54,867 nt of DNA from a virus (taxonomy: Duplodnaviria; Caudoviricetes), in IMG/VR virus record IMGVR_UViG_3300043434_000561, positions 1-54,867 of that record; one strand, 5' to 3'. This document shows positions 8,633-17,653 of this stretch, in pieces (positions within the stretch are counted from its first letter, which is position 1; each line of letters begins with the position of its first letter). The position numbers and the translations under genes were made by a program. The notes under the pieces were generated by a model that made no database searches, was not told where the DNA came from, and saw only the letters and a program-made list of their open reading frames with translations.

Positions 8633-8748
8633 CCGCTCTGATCGGCACGCAATCCGTGACCGGACCGATGGGCCCTGCCGGGTTCCTTTTCTTCATCCTC
8701 GGCGTGGTTGTCGTCGCGATCTGGTGGTCGCAAAGGAACGAACCATGA
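8629..8748 (+). CDS. 39-aa membrane peptide (not in ORF track)
   Basis: GGAGG RBS; ATGA overlaps at both ends; MTALIGTQSVTGPMGPAGFLFFILGVVVVAIWWSQRNEP. Confidence 0.6.
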   Translation: MTALIGTQSVTGPMGPAGFLFFILGVVVVAIWWSQRNEP

Positions 8749-9077
8749 CAATAAGCGCAACACAAGCACTACGCCAAGCACTAGCGCAGGATGCCTTGAG
8801 GAAACTTGCAGAGATAGACCACGAGTTGGGTTTATATATTGATGACGTAAACACATCGCAAAAACGTGTCGATAAAACTGCAAAATGTAAACATGAGACT
8901 GGCGTGTGTCAGCACAGCCGATATTCTGTCGATGTGCATGAGCAGACTGGCAATTGCTACGACTGCGGGGCAGCGGGACGCATGAAGTTTGTTGTTGATG
9001 ACACCGCACCCCCAAAGCGTGAATGCTGCACCCACGACTGCAACGAAGGGCGCGACTGCCCAAACCGAAACAAATGA
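8745..9077 (+). CDS. hypothetical Cys/His-rich protein
   Basis: AAGGA RBS; ATGA coupling; CQH...CYDC...CTHDCNEGRDCP. Confidence 0.65.
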   Translation: MTISATQALRQALAQDALRKLAEIDHELGLYIDDVNTSQKRVDKTAKCKHETGVCQHSRYSVDVHEQTGNCYDCGAAGRMKFVVDDTAPPKRECCTHDCNEGRDCPNRNK

Positions 9078-9244
9078 CAAAGCCAGAACCAGCCTCCCTC
9101 CATCCGTCCGGCCTGACCTGGGAGCGCTGGAACTGGCCATTAAAGACCGAAGCCGAGCGAATGATGGTCGCTAGGTACTATCGAAAAACCCGCCTGAGCA
9201 CTTTCGACCAGGCAATGCAGGACGTTGGACCAGCGCTTTTATAA
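9074..9244 (+). CDS. hypothetical protein
   Basis: ATGA-coupled; MTKPEPASLHPSGLTWERWNWP. Confidence 0.55.
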   Translation: MTKPEPASLHPSGLTWERWNWPLKTEAERMMVARYYRKTRLSTFDQAMQDVGPALL

Positions 9245-9267
9245 GCTGCCCCTACAATGGGGCCAGG

Positions 9268-9361
9268 GGAGGCGTGACAGAGTGGTTGATCGTGGCTGCT
9301 TTGAACGCAGCAGGGGAGCCGCAGGGTTCCTTCGGGGGTTCGAATCCCCCCGCCTCCGCCA
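9268..9361 (+). tRNA. tRNA-Ser (anticodon UGA)
   Basis: Acceptor GGAGGCG/CGCCTCC, G discriminator plus CCA; anticodon stem GCTGC/GCAGC with loop TTTGAAC; long variable arm; T-arm GGGGG-TTCGAAT-CCCCC. Confidence 0.93.
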
Positions 9362-9362
9362 G

Positions 9363-9704
9363 CTAGATCCTGCAATAGGCCACAACCTCAAAGGTCTCGT
9401 CGTCAATCGCCCTGGCGCAGGCGTAAACCTTGCAATCGTCGGGCAGTTCCATCCCAAGCATCGAAACGGCATCCTTCGTTAGGCAGCGCAACTGGTCAAA
9501 ACACGGAAGAAACGAAGTTACGCAACCAGGCAGGCCGAACAGGGAGCAGGCGTCATCGGCGGACAGCAAATCGTGAGTGTCGATCCTTTGTACGCCGTTC
9601 CTCATGTCCTTGACTGTGAAACGGACCCCGTAGGCACTCTGGGACCCATCGGACGGAAAACTGGGCGGCACGCTACAACTGGAACTCCCTTCATTTTTAG
9701 GCAT
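9363..9704 (-). CDS. hypothetical protein (start uncertain, 9704 or 9605)
   Basis: GGGGAG RBS before MPKNEG; convergent with the tRNA. Confidence 0.5.
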   Translation of the reverse strand: MPKNEGSSSCSVPPSFPSDGSQSAYGVRFTVKDMRNGVQRIDTHDLLSADDACSLFGLPGCVTSFLPCFDQLRCLTKDAVSMLGMELPDDCKVYACARAIDDETFEVVAYCRI

Positions 9705-9877
9705 GGATCTCCCCGGGCAGTGGAATTCTGTTGCTATCTTGGCTGGAATGGCTGTGGTACCATAGGCATGCAAATCGCACCACAAACATGTCACCCAGAT
9801 TCGGTCATTCGTAAAGCGACTCAAACCGCAAAGCTATGATCTGAATCAAAGGCTGGTACTTTAACGAGGTCCCAAGC

Positions 9878-10405
9878 GTGTCACAAAAGCACAAGGCAGC
9901 GACAACCGGGAAGCGGGCGCCAAAGCAGGCTGCACCGAAAGCCAAGACAGGTCGGCCTAGCACGTACTCTCCTGCCATTGCCGACGTTATCTGCGCTCGA
10001 GTCGCATCCGGAGAAGCGCTGTACCGCATTTGCCAAGAAGAAGGCATGCCTTGCCTGACTGCGGTTTACTCGTGGCTTCGGAAAAACGACGCCTTTGCGC
10101 AGAATTACGCACGCGCGAAGGAGGATCTGGCCGACACCATGGCCTCGCGCATCCAGGCCATCATCGACGAGCAGCCGGACCGCACGATGGAGGGGAAAGT
10201 CGATAACGGTTGGGTTCAGTATCAGCGGCTCAAGGTGGACACGCTCAAATGGCAGGCCGGTAAGCTAAAACCCAAGGTTTATGGCGAAAAGGTCGATGTC
10301 AATCACGGCGGCCAGGTCGAGAACCCGGTTCAGATGCTCTTGCAGCAGGTCTCGGGAACGGCGCTTCCGGTTGTGAATGACGCCGAGGACGAGCCTGGCA
10401 AGTAA
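9878..10405 (+). CDS. terS: terminase small subunit (Sf6 gp1-like)
   Basis: GRPSTYSPAIADVICARVASGEALYRIC...KWQAGKLKPKVYG; directly upstream of terL. Confidence 0.88.
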   Translation: MSQKHKAATTGKRAPKQAAPKAKTGRPSTYSPAIADVICARVASGEALYRICQEEGMPCLTAVYSWLRKNDAFAQNYARAKEDLADTMASRIQAIIDEQPDRTMEGKVDNGWVQYQRLKVDTLKWQAGKLKPKVYGEKVDVNHGGQVENPVQMLLQQVSGTALPVVNDAEDEPGK

Positions 10406-10409
10406 GCCG

Positions 10410-12740
10410 ATGACTCAGGAACCGCAGCTCACGGAGGCGGACCTCAAGGCGATCCTCAGCGATCCGGTGAAACGGATCAGCACGCTCTACAAGATCATGA
10501 TTAAGGGCGATGACGGGCAGGACGATCTCGTCATCCAGTTCAAGCCCAACCGGGCGCAGCGCCGGTTCATTGCCCGGCTGCACCATCGGAACATCATCTT
10601 GAAAGCCAGGCAGCTCGGGTTTTGTGTCTCGCCAGAAACTCGAGTTTTGACTGCCGATCTTCGATGGGTTCGGATCGACAGCCTTAAGGCCGGTGACGAC
10701 GTTGTGGCCGTCGATGAGCATCCGCCAGGCGGGCGCGGCAAGTCTAGGCGAATGCGTACAGCGACAGTGCAGGCTGCGGCCAAAGTGCATCGTATGGCTT
10801 ACCGCATCACGTTCGACGACGGGCGCCAAGTTGTCTGCACCGACCGTCATCCGTGGCTGTCCAAAAAGGCTGGCGACCTGGCTGAGTGGCGCAGTCTAAG
10901 TGGCCAGGGCAATAGCGTCGTTGGAAGGCTAAAAGTTGGGACAAAGGTTCGATGGATTACAAAGCCTTGGGGCGATCCGACGTTTGAGGATGGCTGGATG
11001 GGCGGCATGCTGGACGGAGAAGGCAGCATGGCGCAGCACAAAGGATCAGGCGCGGAGATCAACGTTAGCCAGGTCGAAGGACCGGCGTTTGGCCGGATGG
11101 AAATGTATCTGGCAATGCGAGGATATCGCTACCGCACCGAAACAGATGAGGCTAGCAGGCTAAGCAAGTTCGGGCGCACGCCCGTCAACAAGCTGTGTGT
11201 AAGCCGCTTGGACGAAGTGTTCCGACTGCTCGGCCAGACGAGACCAATACGGTTCCTTGGTCGTAGGTTTTGGGAAGGCAAGGAGCTACCAGGAAAGCGA
11301 AACGGAGATGTCGGCTGGTCCGCTATCACGAACATTGAGCCTCTTGGTGAGCAGACTATGATCGACCTGCAAACATCGACTGGCACTTATATTGCCGAGG
11401 GCTTTGTCTCGCACAACACGACCCTGATTGCGATTGTCTGGCTCGATCACGCCCTGTTCAACGCCAATGTGCGTTGCGGCATCATCGCCCAGGACCGGGA
11501 AGCCGCCGAGGCGATCTTCCGCGACAAGGTGAAATTCGCCTACGAAAACCTGCCGCCTGCGCTCAAAGCGGCCATGCCGCTGGCCAGAGACAGCGCGACC
11601 GAGCTTCTCTTTGCCCACAACAACTCGTCGATCCGGGTGGCAACCTCAATGCGATCGGGCACCATTCACCGCCTGCATGTGTCTGAGTTCGGGAAAATCT
11701 GCGCCAAGTTCCCCGACAAAGCCCAGGAAGTCGTGACGGGCTCGATCCCGGCAGTGCCCAAGAACGGGATTTTGGTGATCGAGTCCACGGCCGAGGGCAG
11801 GGAAGGGGAGTTCTACGAGATGACGCAGCGCGCGATAGCGCTGCACCAGACCGGCAAGCCGCTCACCGAGCGCGACTACCGCTTTCACTTCTTCCCCTGG
11901 TTTGATGAACCGAACTACCGCATGGACGAGGCCTCGGTCATCGTCACGGACAAGGACCACGAGTATTTCAACCAGGTCGAGGCCAAGATGGCCGTCACCA
12001 TCGCGCCGGAGCAACGCGCCTGGTACGTGGCCACCCGTGAGGCGGACTTCCCCACCAAGCCCGAGCGCATGTGGCAGGAGTACCCTTCGACGCCCGAGGA
12101 AGCCTTCCAGAAGTCCACCGAGGGCTGCTACTACGTCAACGAGCTTGCGCTGGCCCGCAAAGAGAACCGCATTACCGTCGTGCCGTGGGAAAAGGCGATT
12201 CCGGTCAACACCTTCTGGGACATCGGCCTCAATGACGAAATGGCGATCTGGTTTCACCAGAGGATCGGCGCTCAGAACCGCTTTATCCGCTACTACGAGA
12301 ACGCCGGCGAGACGTTTTCGCATTACGTCGCCTACATGCAGGCTCAGGGCTACGTCTGGGGCAAGCATTACCTCCCGCACGACGGCGACACCAAGCGCCT
12401 CGGCATCGAGAAGAACTGGACGCCCAGGCAGATGCTCGAGGATCTGGGCTTGAGGAACGTCGAGATCGTGCCCCGCATCGACCGGGTGCAGACCGGCATC
12501 CAGATGGTCCGGGACGTTTTCGGATCGTGTTGGTTCGACGAGAACCACTGCAAGACTGGTATCGTGCGCCTCGAGAGCTACCGCAAGGAATGGGACAAGC
12601 GCCTGGCGGTGTGGAAAGACGAGCCCAGGCACGACCAGGCATCAAACGGAGCCGACGCCTTCAGGGGCTTTGCTCAGGGATACGAGCCGTCAACCGGCGG
12701 CACGTGGAAACGCAAATCAACCAACTGGCGAACAGCCTAA
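10410..12740 (+). CDS. terL: terminase large subunit containing an intein
   Basis: ILKARQLGF^TT Walker A, LHVSEFGK Walker B, IESTAEG, FWDIG, HYLPHDG, ADAFR. Confidence 0.93.
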   Translation: MTQEPQLTEADLKAILSDPVKRISTLYKIMIKGDDGQDDLVIQFKPNRAQRRFIARLHHRNIILKARQLGFCVSPETRVLTADLRWVRIDSLKAGDDVVAVDEHPPGGRGKSRRMRTATVQAAAKVHRMAYRITFDDGRQVVCTDRHPWLSKKAGDLAEWRSLSGQGNSVVGRLKVGTKVRWITKPWGDPTFEDGWMGGMLDGEGSMAQHKGSGAEINVSQVEGPAFGRMEMYLAMRGYRYRTETDEASRLSKFGRTPVNKLCVSRLDEVFRLLGQTRPIRFLGRRFWEGKELPGKRNGDVGWSAITNIEPLGEQTMIDLQTSTGTYIAEGFVSHNTTLIAIVWLDHALFNANVRCGIIAQDREAAEAIFRDKVKFAYENLPPALKAAMPLARDSATELLFAHNNSSIRVATSMRSGTIHRLHVSEFGKICAKFPDKAQEVVTGSIPAVPKNGILVIESTAEGREGEFYEMTQRAIALHQTGKPLTERDYRFHFFPWFDEPNYRMDEASVIVTDKDHEYFNQVEAKMAVTIAPEQRAWYVATREADFPTKPERMWQEYPSTPEEAFQKSTEGCYYVNELALARKENRITVVPWEKAIPVNTFWDIGLNDEMAIWFHQRIGAQNRFIRYYENAGETFSHYVAYMQAQGYVWGKHYLPHDGDTKRLGIEKNWTPRQMLEDLGLRNVEIVPRIDRVQTGIQMVRDVFGSCWFDENHCKTGIVRLESYRKEWDKRLAVWKDEPRHDQASNGADAFRGFAQGYEPSTGGTWKRKSTNWRTA
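10623..11417 (+). mobile_element. intein (265 aa) with LAGLIDADG-type endonuclease motif
   Basis: Starts CVSPETRVLTAD, has block B CTDRHPW and WMGGMLDGEGS, ends YIAEGFVSHN followed by Thr +1. Confidence 0.92.
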
Positions 12741-12754
12741 CCCAAGGAGAAGCT

Positions 12755-12985
12755 ATGAAATTCAGGAAAAAACCCGTCGTCATCGAGGCAACGCAGTGGT
12801 TCAAGGACGGAGACCACCCCAAGGTCATGAAATGGGGCGAACAGGAATACAGGATCGAGACCCTCGAGGGCTTCATGGTCGTTTCGGTCGGAGACTGGAT
12901 CATTGAAGGCGTGGCCGGTGAGTTTTATCCCTGCAAGCCAGGGATCTTCGCCCAGACCTATGAGCTTGTGGGAGACGCAGCATGA
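12755..12985 (+). CDS. conserved small phage protein (KKPV...TLEG...GDWII...FYPCKP family)
   Basis: AAGGAG RBS; recognisable widespread motif. Confidence 0.8.
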   Translation: MKFRKKPVVIEATQWFKDGDHPKVMKWGEQEYRIETLEGFMVVSVGDWIIEGVAGEFYPCKPGIFAQTYELVGDAA

Positions 12986-13410
12986 GCCAATACGCCCTCG
13001 ACCTGACCCGGTACCACTTCAAGCGCGACGTTCACGACCTGACGATCTACGGAACCTGGCTCTACAACGAGGACCAGGAGGACACCGAGCCAGCGCTGGT
13101 CATCGTCCCGCGTTATCGAATGAATGGTGTCGCACCAATCGCTATAGCACTATCGAGCGCCTTCAAGTACAATGATCCCCGTTACCTGGCGCGGACCGCA
13201 GGGTATTTTGCGAGAAAATTGGGCTTTGACGACAGCATCGTGACGGCGCACCGCATGGCCTCGCTGATCGATGACAACCTCAACGACCTTCTCACAATGC
13301 CCGTTGACCCGACCCAGGCAGTGCAAGTCGGTGAGGCCGTGGTCAACCTGGGCAACGGCAACCGGCAAACCGTGGGGCTGATGGACTATGAGCAGATCAA
13401 GCAGTCGTAA
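12982..13410 (+). CDS. hypothetical protein
   Basis: ATGA-coupled with GGAG RBS; between terL and portal. Confidence 0.8.
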   Translation: MSQYALDLTRYHFKRDVHDLTIYGTWLYNEDQEDTEPALVIVPRYRMNGVAPIAIALSSAFKYNDPRYLARTAGYFARKLGFDDSIVTAHRMASLIDDNLNDLLTMPVDPTQAVQVGEAVVNLGNGNRQTVGLMDYEQIKQS

Positions 13411-13543
13411 CCTCTTGGATTGGCTGATCCTGGCCCCGCTGTGCGTTCTGGGCTGCTTTGTTGTCGTAGCATTAGGTGTCGTGGCCATGGCGAAGGTGAT
13501 TGCCGTGACCTTATGGGACATCCGTAAACCAGTCAGGGAGTGA
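13388..13543 (+). CDS. 51-aa membrane peptide (not in ORF track)
   Basis: MSRSSSRNLLDWLILAPLCVLGCFVVVALGVVAMAKVIAVTLWDIRKPVRE fills the gap before the portal gene. Confidence 0.5.
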   Translation: MSRSSSRNLLDWLILAPLCVLGCFVVVALGVVAMAKVIAVTLWDIRKPVRE

Positions 13544-13545
13544 CG

Positions 13546-15804
13546 ATGTTCGATATAAATGACCCAAGCAGCACCAGGATAAAGAAAGACACTCCCATTG
13601 ACCGGCTGCCGAGCGCCAAAGAGGCGGACGAGGCCAAGCCAAACCACGAACTCGACAGCGACGAGAACCACGAGCGCCACTCGATGCTGTTGTCGTACTA
13701 CCGGCAGGAGTTGGACCGTCAGGGCGAGAACCGCTACCAGATGGCCATCGACGAGGACTATTACGACAACGATCAGTGGACGCCCGAGGAAGCCAACGAG
13801 CTCAAGGAGCGCGGGCAGCAGCCGACCGTCTACAACGTCATCGCCACCTCGGTTGACTGGATCATCGGCTCTGAAAAGCGCGGGCGCACCGATTTCAAGA
13901 TCCTACCCAGGGGCAAGGAGGATGCCAAGCCGGCCGAGGCCAAGACCAAGTTTCTCAAGTACCTCTCGGACGTGAACCGTTCGCCCTTCCACCGCAGCCG
14001 GGCCTTTGAGGATGCCGTCAAGGTCGGCATTGGCTGGCTTGAGTCGGGAGCCCAGGACGAGGACGACGGCGAGCCGATCTACACCCGCTATGAGTCGTGG
14101 CGCAACATCCTGTGGGACAGTGCTTCGACCGAGATGGACGGGTCGGACATGCGCTATGTGTTTCGTTCCAAATGGGTGGACGAGGATATCGCCAAGAAGC
14201 TGTTTCCGCAGCGGGCCGACGTGGTGGAGCTTTCCGTCATCGACTCGACCCTCTATGGCAGCTTCGACATGGTGGATGGCGACATTGCCATGGACCTGGC
14301 GGAATTCGAGCGCGAGCACAACGGCATTTACGGAACGATTGTCACGCACAAGCGGCGCCGGGTTCGCCTGATCGAGGCCTGGTACCGGGTGCCCGAAAAG
14401 GTCAAGCGCCTGCGCGGAGGCCGCTTTACCGGCGAGATCTACGACGACAAAGACCCACGGCACACGGAATCGGTCAAGATGGGCGAAAGCGCCGTGATCG
14501 AGAAGGTCATGATGCGCACCCGGGTTGCCGTCATGACGACGACCGGCCTGCTGTTTGATGGCGCAAGCCCGTATCGGCACAACAAATTCAAGTTCATTCC
14601 GATCTGGGGATACCGACGCGGCAAGGATGGTTTGCCCTATGGCGTCATTCGCCGCATGCGCGACATTCAGGACGGCGTAAACAAGCGGGCCTCGAAGGCG
14701 CTGCACATTCTCTCGACCAACAAGGTCATTATGGACGAGGGTGCCGTTGACGACATCGACGAGTTTGCCAAAGAAGTCGCCCGGCCGGACGCCATTATCG
14801 TCAAGAAGCCGGGCAAGGCCCTCGATCTGAACGTGGACCGCGAGCTTGCCGCGCCTCACCTCGAGCTGATGAGCCGCGACATCAACATGATCCAGCAGGT
14901 CGGCGGCGTCTCCGATGAGCTTTTGGGCCGCACAACCAATGCCGTGTCCGGTGTCGCTGTGCAGCGCCGCCAGGAGCAGGGCAGTCTCGCGACCTCCAAA
15001 TTTTTTGATAATCTTCGCTTTGCCGAGCAGCTTCGCGGGGAGATCGAGCTATCCATGATTGAGCAGTTTGTGACCGAGGAAAAACAATTCCGCATCACCA
15101 ACATGCGCGGTACGCCCGATTTCGTAGTGGTCAACGACGGATTGCCGGAAAACGACATCACCCGCACCAAGGCGGATTTCGTGATTTCCGAAGCCGACTG
15201 GCGGGCCACCATGCGACAGGCTGCCGTGGATCAGCTTTCGGAGATGCTCAAGAACATGCCGGGCGAAATAGCTCTATCGATGCTGGATCTTTTGGTCGAG
15301 GACATGGACCTGCCGAACCGCGAGGAACTCGTGAAGCGGATCAGGGCGGTCAATGGCCAGAAAGACCCGGACGCAACAGAGCCTACGCCAGAGGACATTC
15401 AGCGCGAGCAAGCAGCCGCACAGGCCAATGCTATCCAGCAGGCCATGGTCGAGGCTGATCTGCGCGAAAAGAACGCCAAGGCAGCCAAGGCCGAGGCCGA
15501 CGCAGAGCGCGTCAAGCGCATGGGTATCGGGGACAGCGTTTCGGCAACCGAATCGGCCATGCGGGCAGCCCAGGCCGTCATTACCATGCCGACGATTGCC
15601 AAGGTAGCCGACAACATTCTGGCCGAAGCCGGTTGGCAGCAGGCTCACCCGCCGGCCCAAGGATTGCCACAGCAGCAAATGCCGCCACCGGACGCAATGC
15701 CGCCCGAAATGGCTCAACAGATGCCTCCGCAAGAGGCAGCCCCCGAGGCTATCGCACCAAACGGTATGGTGCAGCCAATGGATCAACCACCAGAAGGAGT
15801 CTGA
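13546..15804 (+). CDS. portal protein (P22-like)
   Basis: DEDYYDNDQW...VYNVI, YGVIRRMRDIQD, SGVAVQRRQEQG; long Q/P-rich C-terminal barrel. Confidence 0.9.
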   Translation: MFDINDPSSTRIKKDTPIDRLPSAKEADEAKPNHELDSDENHERHSMLLSYYRQELDRQGENRYQMAIDEDYYDNDQWTPEEANELKERGQQPTVYNVIATSVDWIIGSEKRGRTDFKILPRGKEDAKPAEAKTKFLKYLSDVNRSPFHRSRAFEDAVKVGIGWLESGAQDEDDGEPIYTRYESWRNILWDSASTEMDGSDMRYVFRSKWVDEDIAKKLFPQRADVVELSVIDSTLYGSFDMVDGDIAMDLAEFEREHNGIYGTIVTHKRRRVRLIEAWYRVPEKVKRLRGGRFTGEIYDDKDPRHTESVKMGESAVIEKVMMRTRVAVMTTTGLLFDGASPYRHNKFKFIPIWGYRRGKDGLPYGVIRRMRDIQDGVNKRASKALHILSTNKVIMDEGAVDDIDEFAKEVARPDAIIVKKPGKALDLNVDRELAAPHLELMSRDINMIQQVGGVSDELLGRTTNAVSGVAVQRRQEQGSLATSKFFDNLRFAEQLRGEIELSMIEQFVTEEKQFRITNMRGTPDFVVVNDGLPENDITRTKADFVISEADWRATMRQAAVDQLSEMLKNMPGEIALSMLDLLVEDMDLPNREELVKRIRAVNGQKDPDATEPTPEDIQREQAAAQANAIQQAMVEADLREKNAKAAKAEADAERVKRMGIGDSVSATESAMRAAQAVITMPTIAKVADNILAEAGWQQAHPPAQGLPQQQMPPPDAMPPEMAQQMPPQEAAPEAIAPNGMVQPMDQPPEGV

Positions 15805-15805
15805 T

Positions 15806-16705
15806 ATGACCACTGAAAAAGAGCACGACGACGGCTTGACCGAAGAAGAACGCGCCGCCTTGCAAGAGGACGACGGCGCCAACAACACTGACAGCCAGGG
15901 AGACGAAGGCAATGACCCCGACGACCAAGATAGCAAGGACGGCGACGGCGACGGCGATAATTCTAACGCTGCCGACGCTGGTGGTGACGATGGCGCTGAC
16001 GCAAAAGCATCCGCCGATACCCCGTCAAGAGATGACGGTGAAGGCAACAAAGAGCAGGAAATGGCAGCCCAACAAGGGGCTCCGATCCTCGTAGTCGAGC
16101 CTCCGGCCGACGCCGACGACAAGCTCAAAGAGATTTCGACCAAGAAAGAGGAACTGATTACCCAGTTTGACGACGGCGACATCACCGCCAAGGAGTATCA
16201 GCAGCAGCTTGATGCGCTTTCCAAGCAGGAGCGCGAGATCGAGCGAGCCCTCGAGCGGGCTACGCTGGCCGCTGAGATGGAGCAGCAGCGCCTCAAGAAC
16301 GAATGGCTCACCACGGTCAACGCCTTTATCGATGCCAATCCGGTCTACAAGGACAACCAGCGCCTTTATCGCGCTCTCGATCAGGAAGTCCGGGACGTGG
16401 CCAACAGCGAGGAAGGCAAGACCCTTACCGGCGCCAAGATCCTGGCCAAGGCGCACGAGAACCTCGCCGCGGCTTTCAACCTGGCAAAGCCTGAGCCTCA
16501 GAAGGACGTCAAGCCTGACGCCAAGCCGCCCAAGGCCGATCTTCCGCCGAGCATCCACAACGTACCGGCAGCCGACGCCAATGACGTGACGGGCGGCAAG
16601 TACGCAGCTTTGGACCGCCTGGCCCAGACCAACCCGCTCGCCTACGAGGAAGCTCTGATGAAGCTCCCCGAGGAAGAACGCAATTCCTACCTGGCATCGG
16701 CATAA
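15806..16705 (+). CDS. capsid scaffolding protein (putative)
   Basis: Acidic N-terminus and coiled coil; between portal and major capsid; AAGGAG RBS. Confidence 0.75.
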   Translation: MTTEKEHDDGLTEEERAALQEDDGANNTDSQGDEGNDPDDQDSKDGDGDGDNSNAADAGGDDGADAKASADTPSRDDGEGNKEQEMAAQQGAPILVVEPPADADDKLKEISTKKEELITQFDDGDITAKEYQQQLDALSKQEREIERALERATLAAEMEQQRLKNEWLTTVNAFIDANPVYKDNQRLYRALDQEVRDVANSEEGKTLTGAKILAKAHENLAAAFNLAKPEPQKDVKPDAKPPKADLPPSIHNVPAADANDVTGGKYAALDRLAQTNPLAYEEALMKLPEEERNSYLASA

Positions 16706-16714
16706 GGGGACGAC

Positions 16715-16984
16715 ATGAACGACCTTTTGAATTTTGGCGACGCTCTGGCCCTTCTCAAGAAGGGCGCTCAGGTGGCCCGGCTTGGATGGAACGGCAGGGG
16801 CATGTTTTTGCGCCTGGAAAACTGGAATCAGGCTCCGACGGTTAAGTTCGAGCACAAGGGCCACGGCTATGAAGTCCTGCCCTTCATCGTCATGAAAACG
16901 GCGGACAACAAGCTTGTGCCATGGCTTGCAAGCCAGACCGACATGCTGAGCGATGATTGGGTGCTCGTGGGAGAGCAGCCATGA
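16715..16984 (+). CDS. DUF2829 / Tad2-like nucleotide-signal sponge
   Basis: NFGDALALLKKGAQVARLGWNGRGMF...VPWLASQTDMLSDDW. Confidence 0.85.
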   Translation: MNDLLNFGDALALLKKGAQVARLGWNGRGMFLRLENWNQAPTVKFEHKGHGYEVLPFIVMKTADNKLVPWLASQTDMLSDDWVLVGEQP

Positions 16985-17334
16985 AGGTTATCGACATGAA
17001 CCAGAAACTCGACGGACGGCTTGGCGACGCCAAGATTGAGGAAGCCATCCAGGCGAAGGGGCTTACCGCCCCTCGCGTCACGCCAGAGCAGGTCAATGCC
17101 CTGGTGGACAGCCTGATCTTTCAAACACACCGCTTTCCCGGCACGACGAGCACCGTGGCCGCGGCCATCCTGCCCAATGGGTTTGTGGTGGCCGTCGGAC
17201 ACTCGGCAGCCGCAAGCCGGGAAAACTTCGACGCTGAGATCGGTGAAGCCATCGCGATCAGCAACGCCAAGACCGAGGCTCGCAAGAAACTGTGGGAGCT
17301 CGAGGGCTACGTTCTAAAAAAGGCCATTGGCTAG
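16981..17334 (+). CDS. N4 Gp49 / Sf6 gp66-family protein
   Basis: APRVTPEQV...LPNGFVVAVGHSAAASRENFDAEIG...KLWELEGYVLK. Confidence 0.82.
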   Translation: MKVIDMNQKLDGRLGDAKIEEAIQAKGLTAPRVTPEQVNALVDSLIFQTHRFPGTTSTVAAAILPNGFVVAVGHSAAASRENFDAEIGEAIAISNAKTEARKKLWELEGYVLKKAIG

Positions 17335-17341
17335 GGATCGC

Positions 17342-17533
17342 ATGCTCAAGATCGAGCTCAAACCTGGCGAAAGTGTCTCAATAGGCAGTCTGGCCGTTAT
17401 TACGCTCGAGGAAAAGTCAGGCAAGATCGCCCGGATTGCCATTGACGCCGACAAGTCGGTGCCGGTGATCCGGGTTGCCAGGCCAACCACAGCGCAATTT
17501 GCAGCCTCGGGGGGCATTACCGGCAAGCCATAG
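17342..17533 (+). CDS. CsrA-like small beta protein
   Basis: MLKIELKPGESVSIG...IARIAIDADKSVPVIR resembles the CsrA fold. Confidence 0.65.
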   Translation: MLKIELKPGESVSIGSLAVITLEEKSGKIARIAIDADKSVPVIRVARPTTAQFAASGGITGKP

Positions 17534-17554
17534 CTTTATTCAATTGCGTAAACT

Positions 17555-17591
17555 GGTTGCATAATCTAACCGTATGGTGGAAAATAGAACC
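17555..17591. promoter_or_regulatory. operator pair upstream of the capsid gene
   Basis: GGTT-N9-AACC (17555-17571) and TGGT-N9-AACC (17575-17591); CATAAT inside the first. Confidence 0.65.
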
Positions 17592-17653
17592 GTCTGCGCA
17601 GGAGTGCCGACACAGAGGGTTAATTTCATCAATCTTTATGAGGGCACTCCAAC

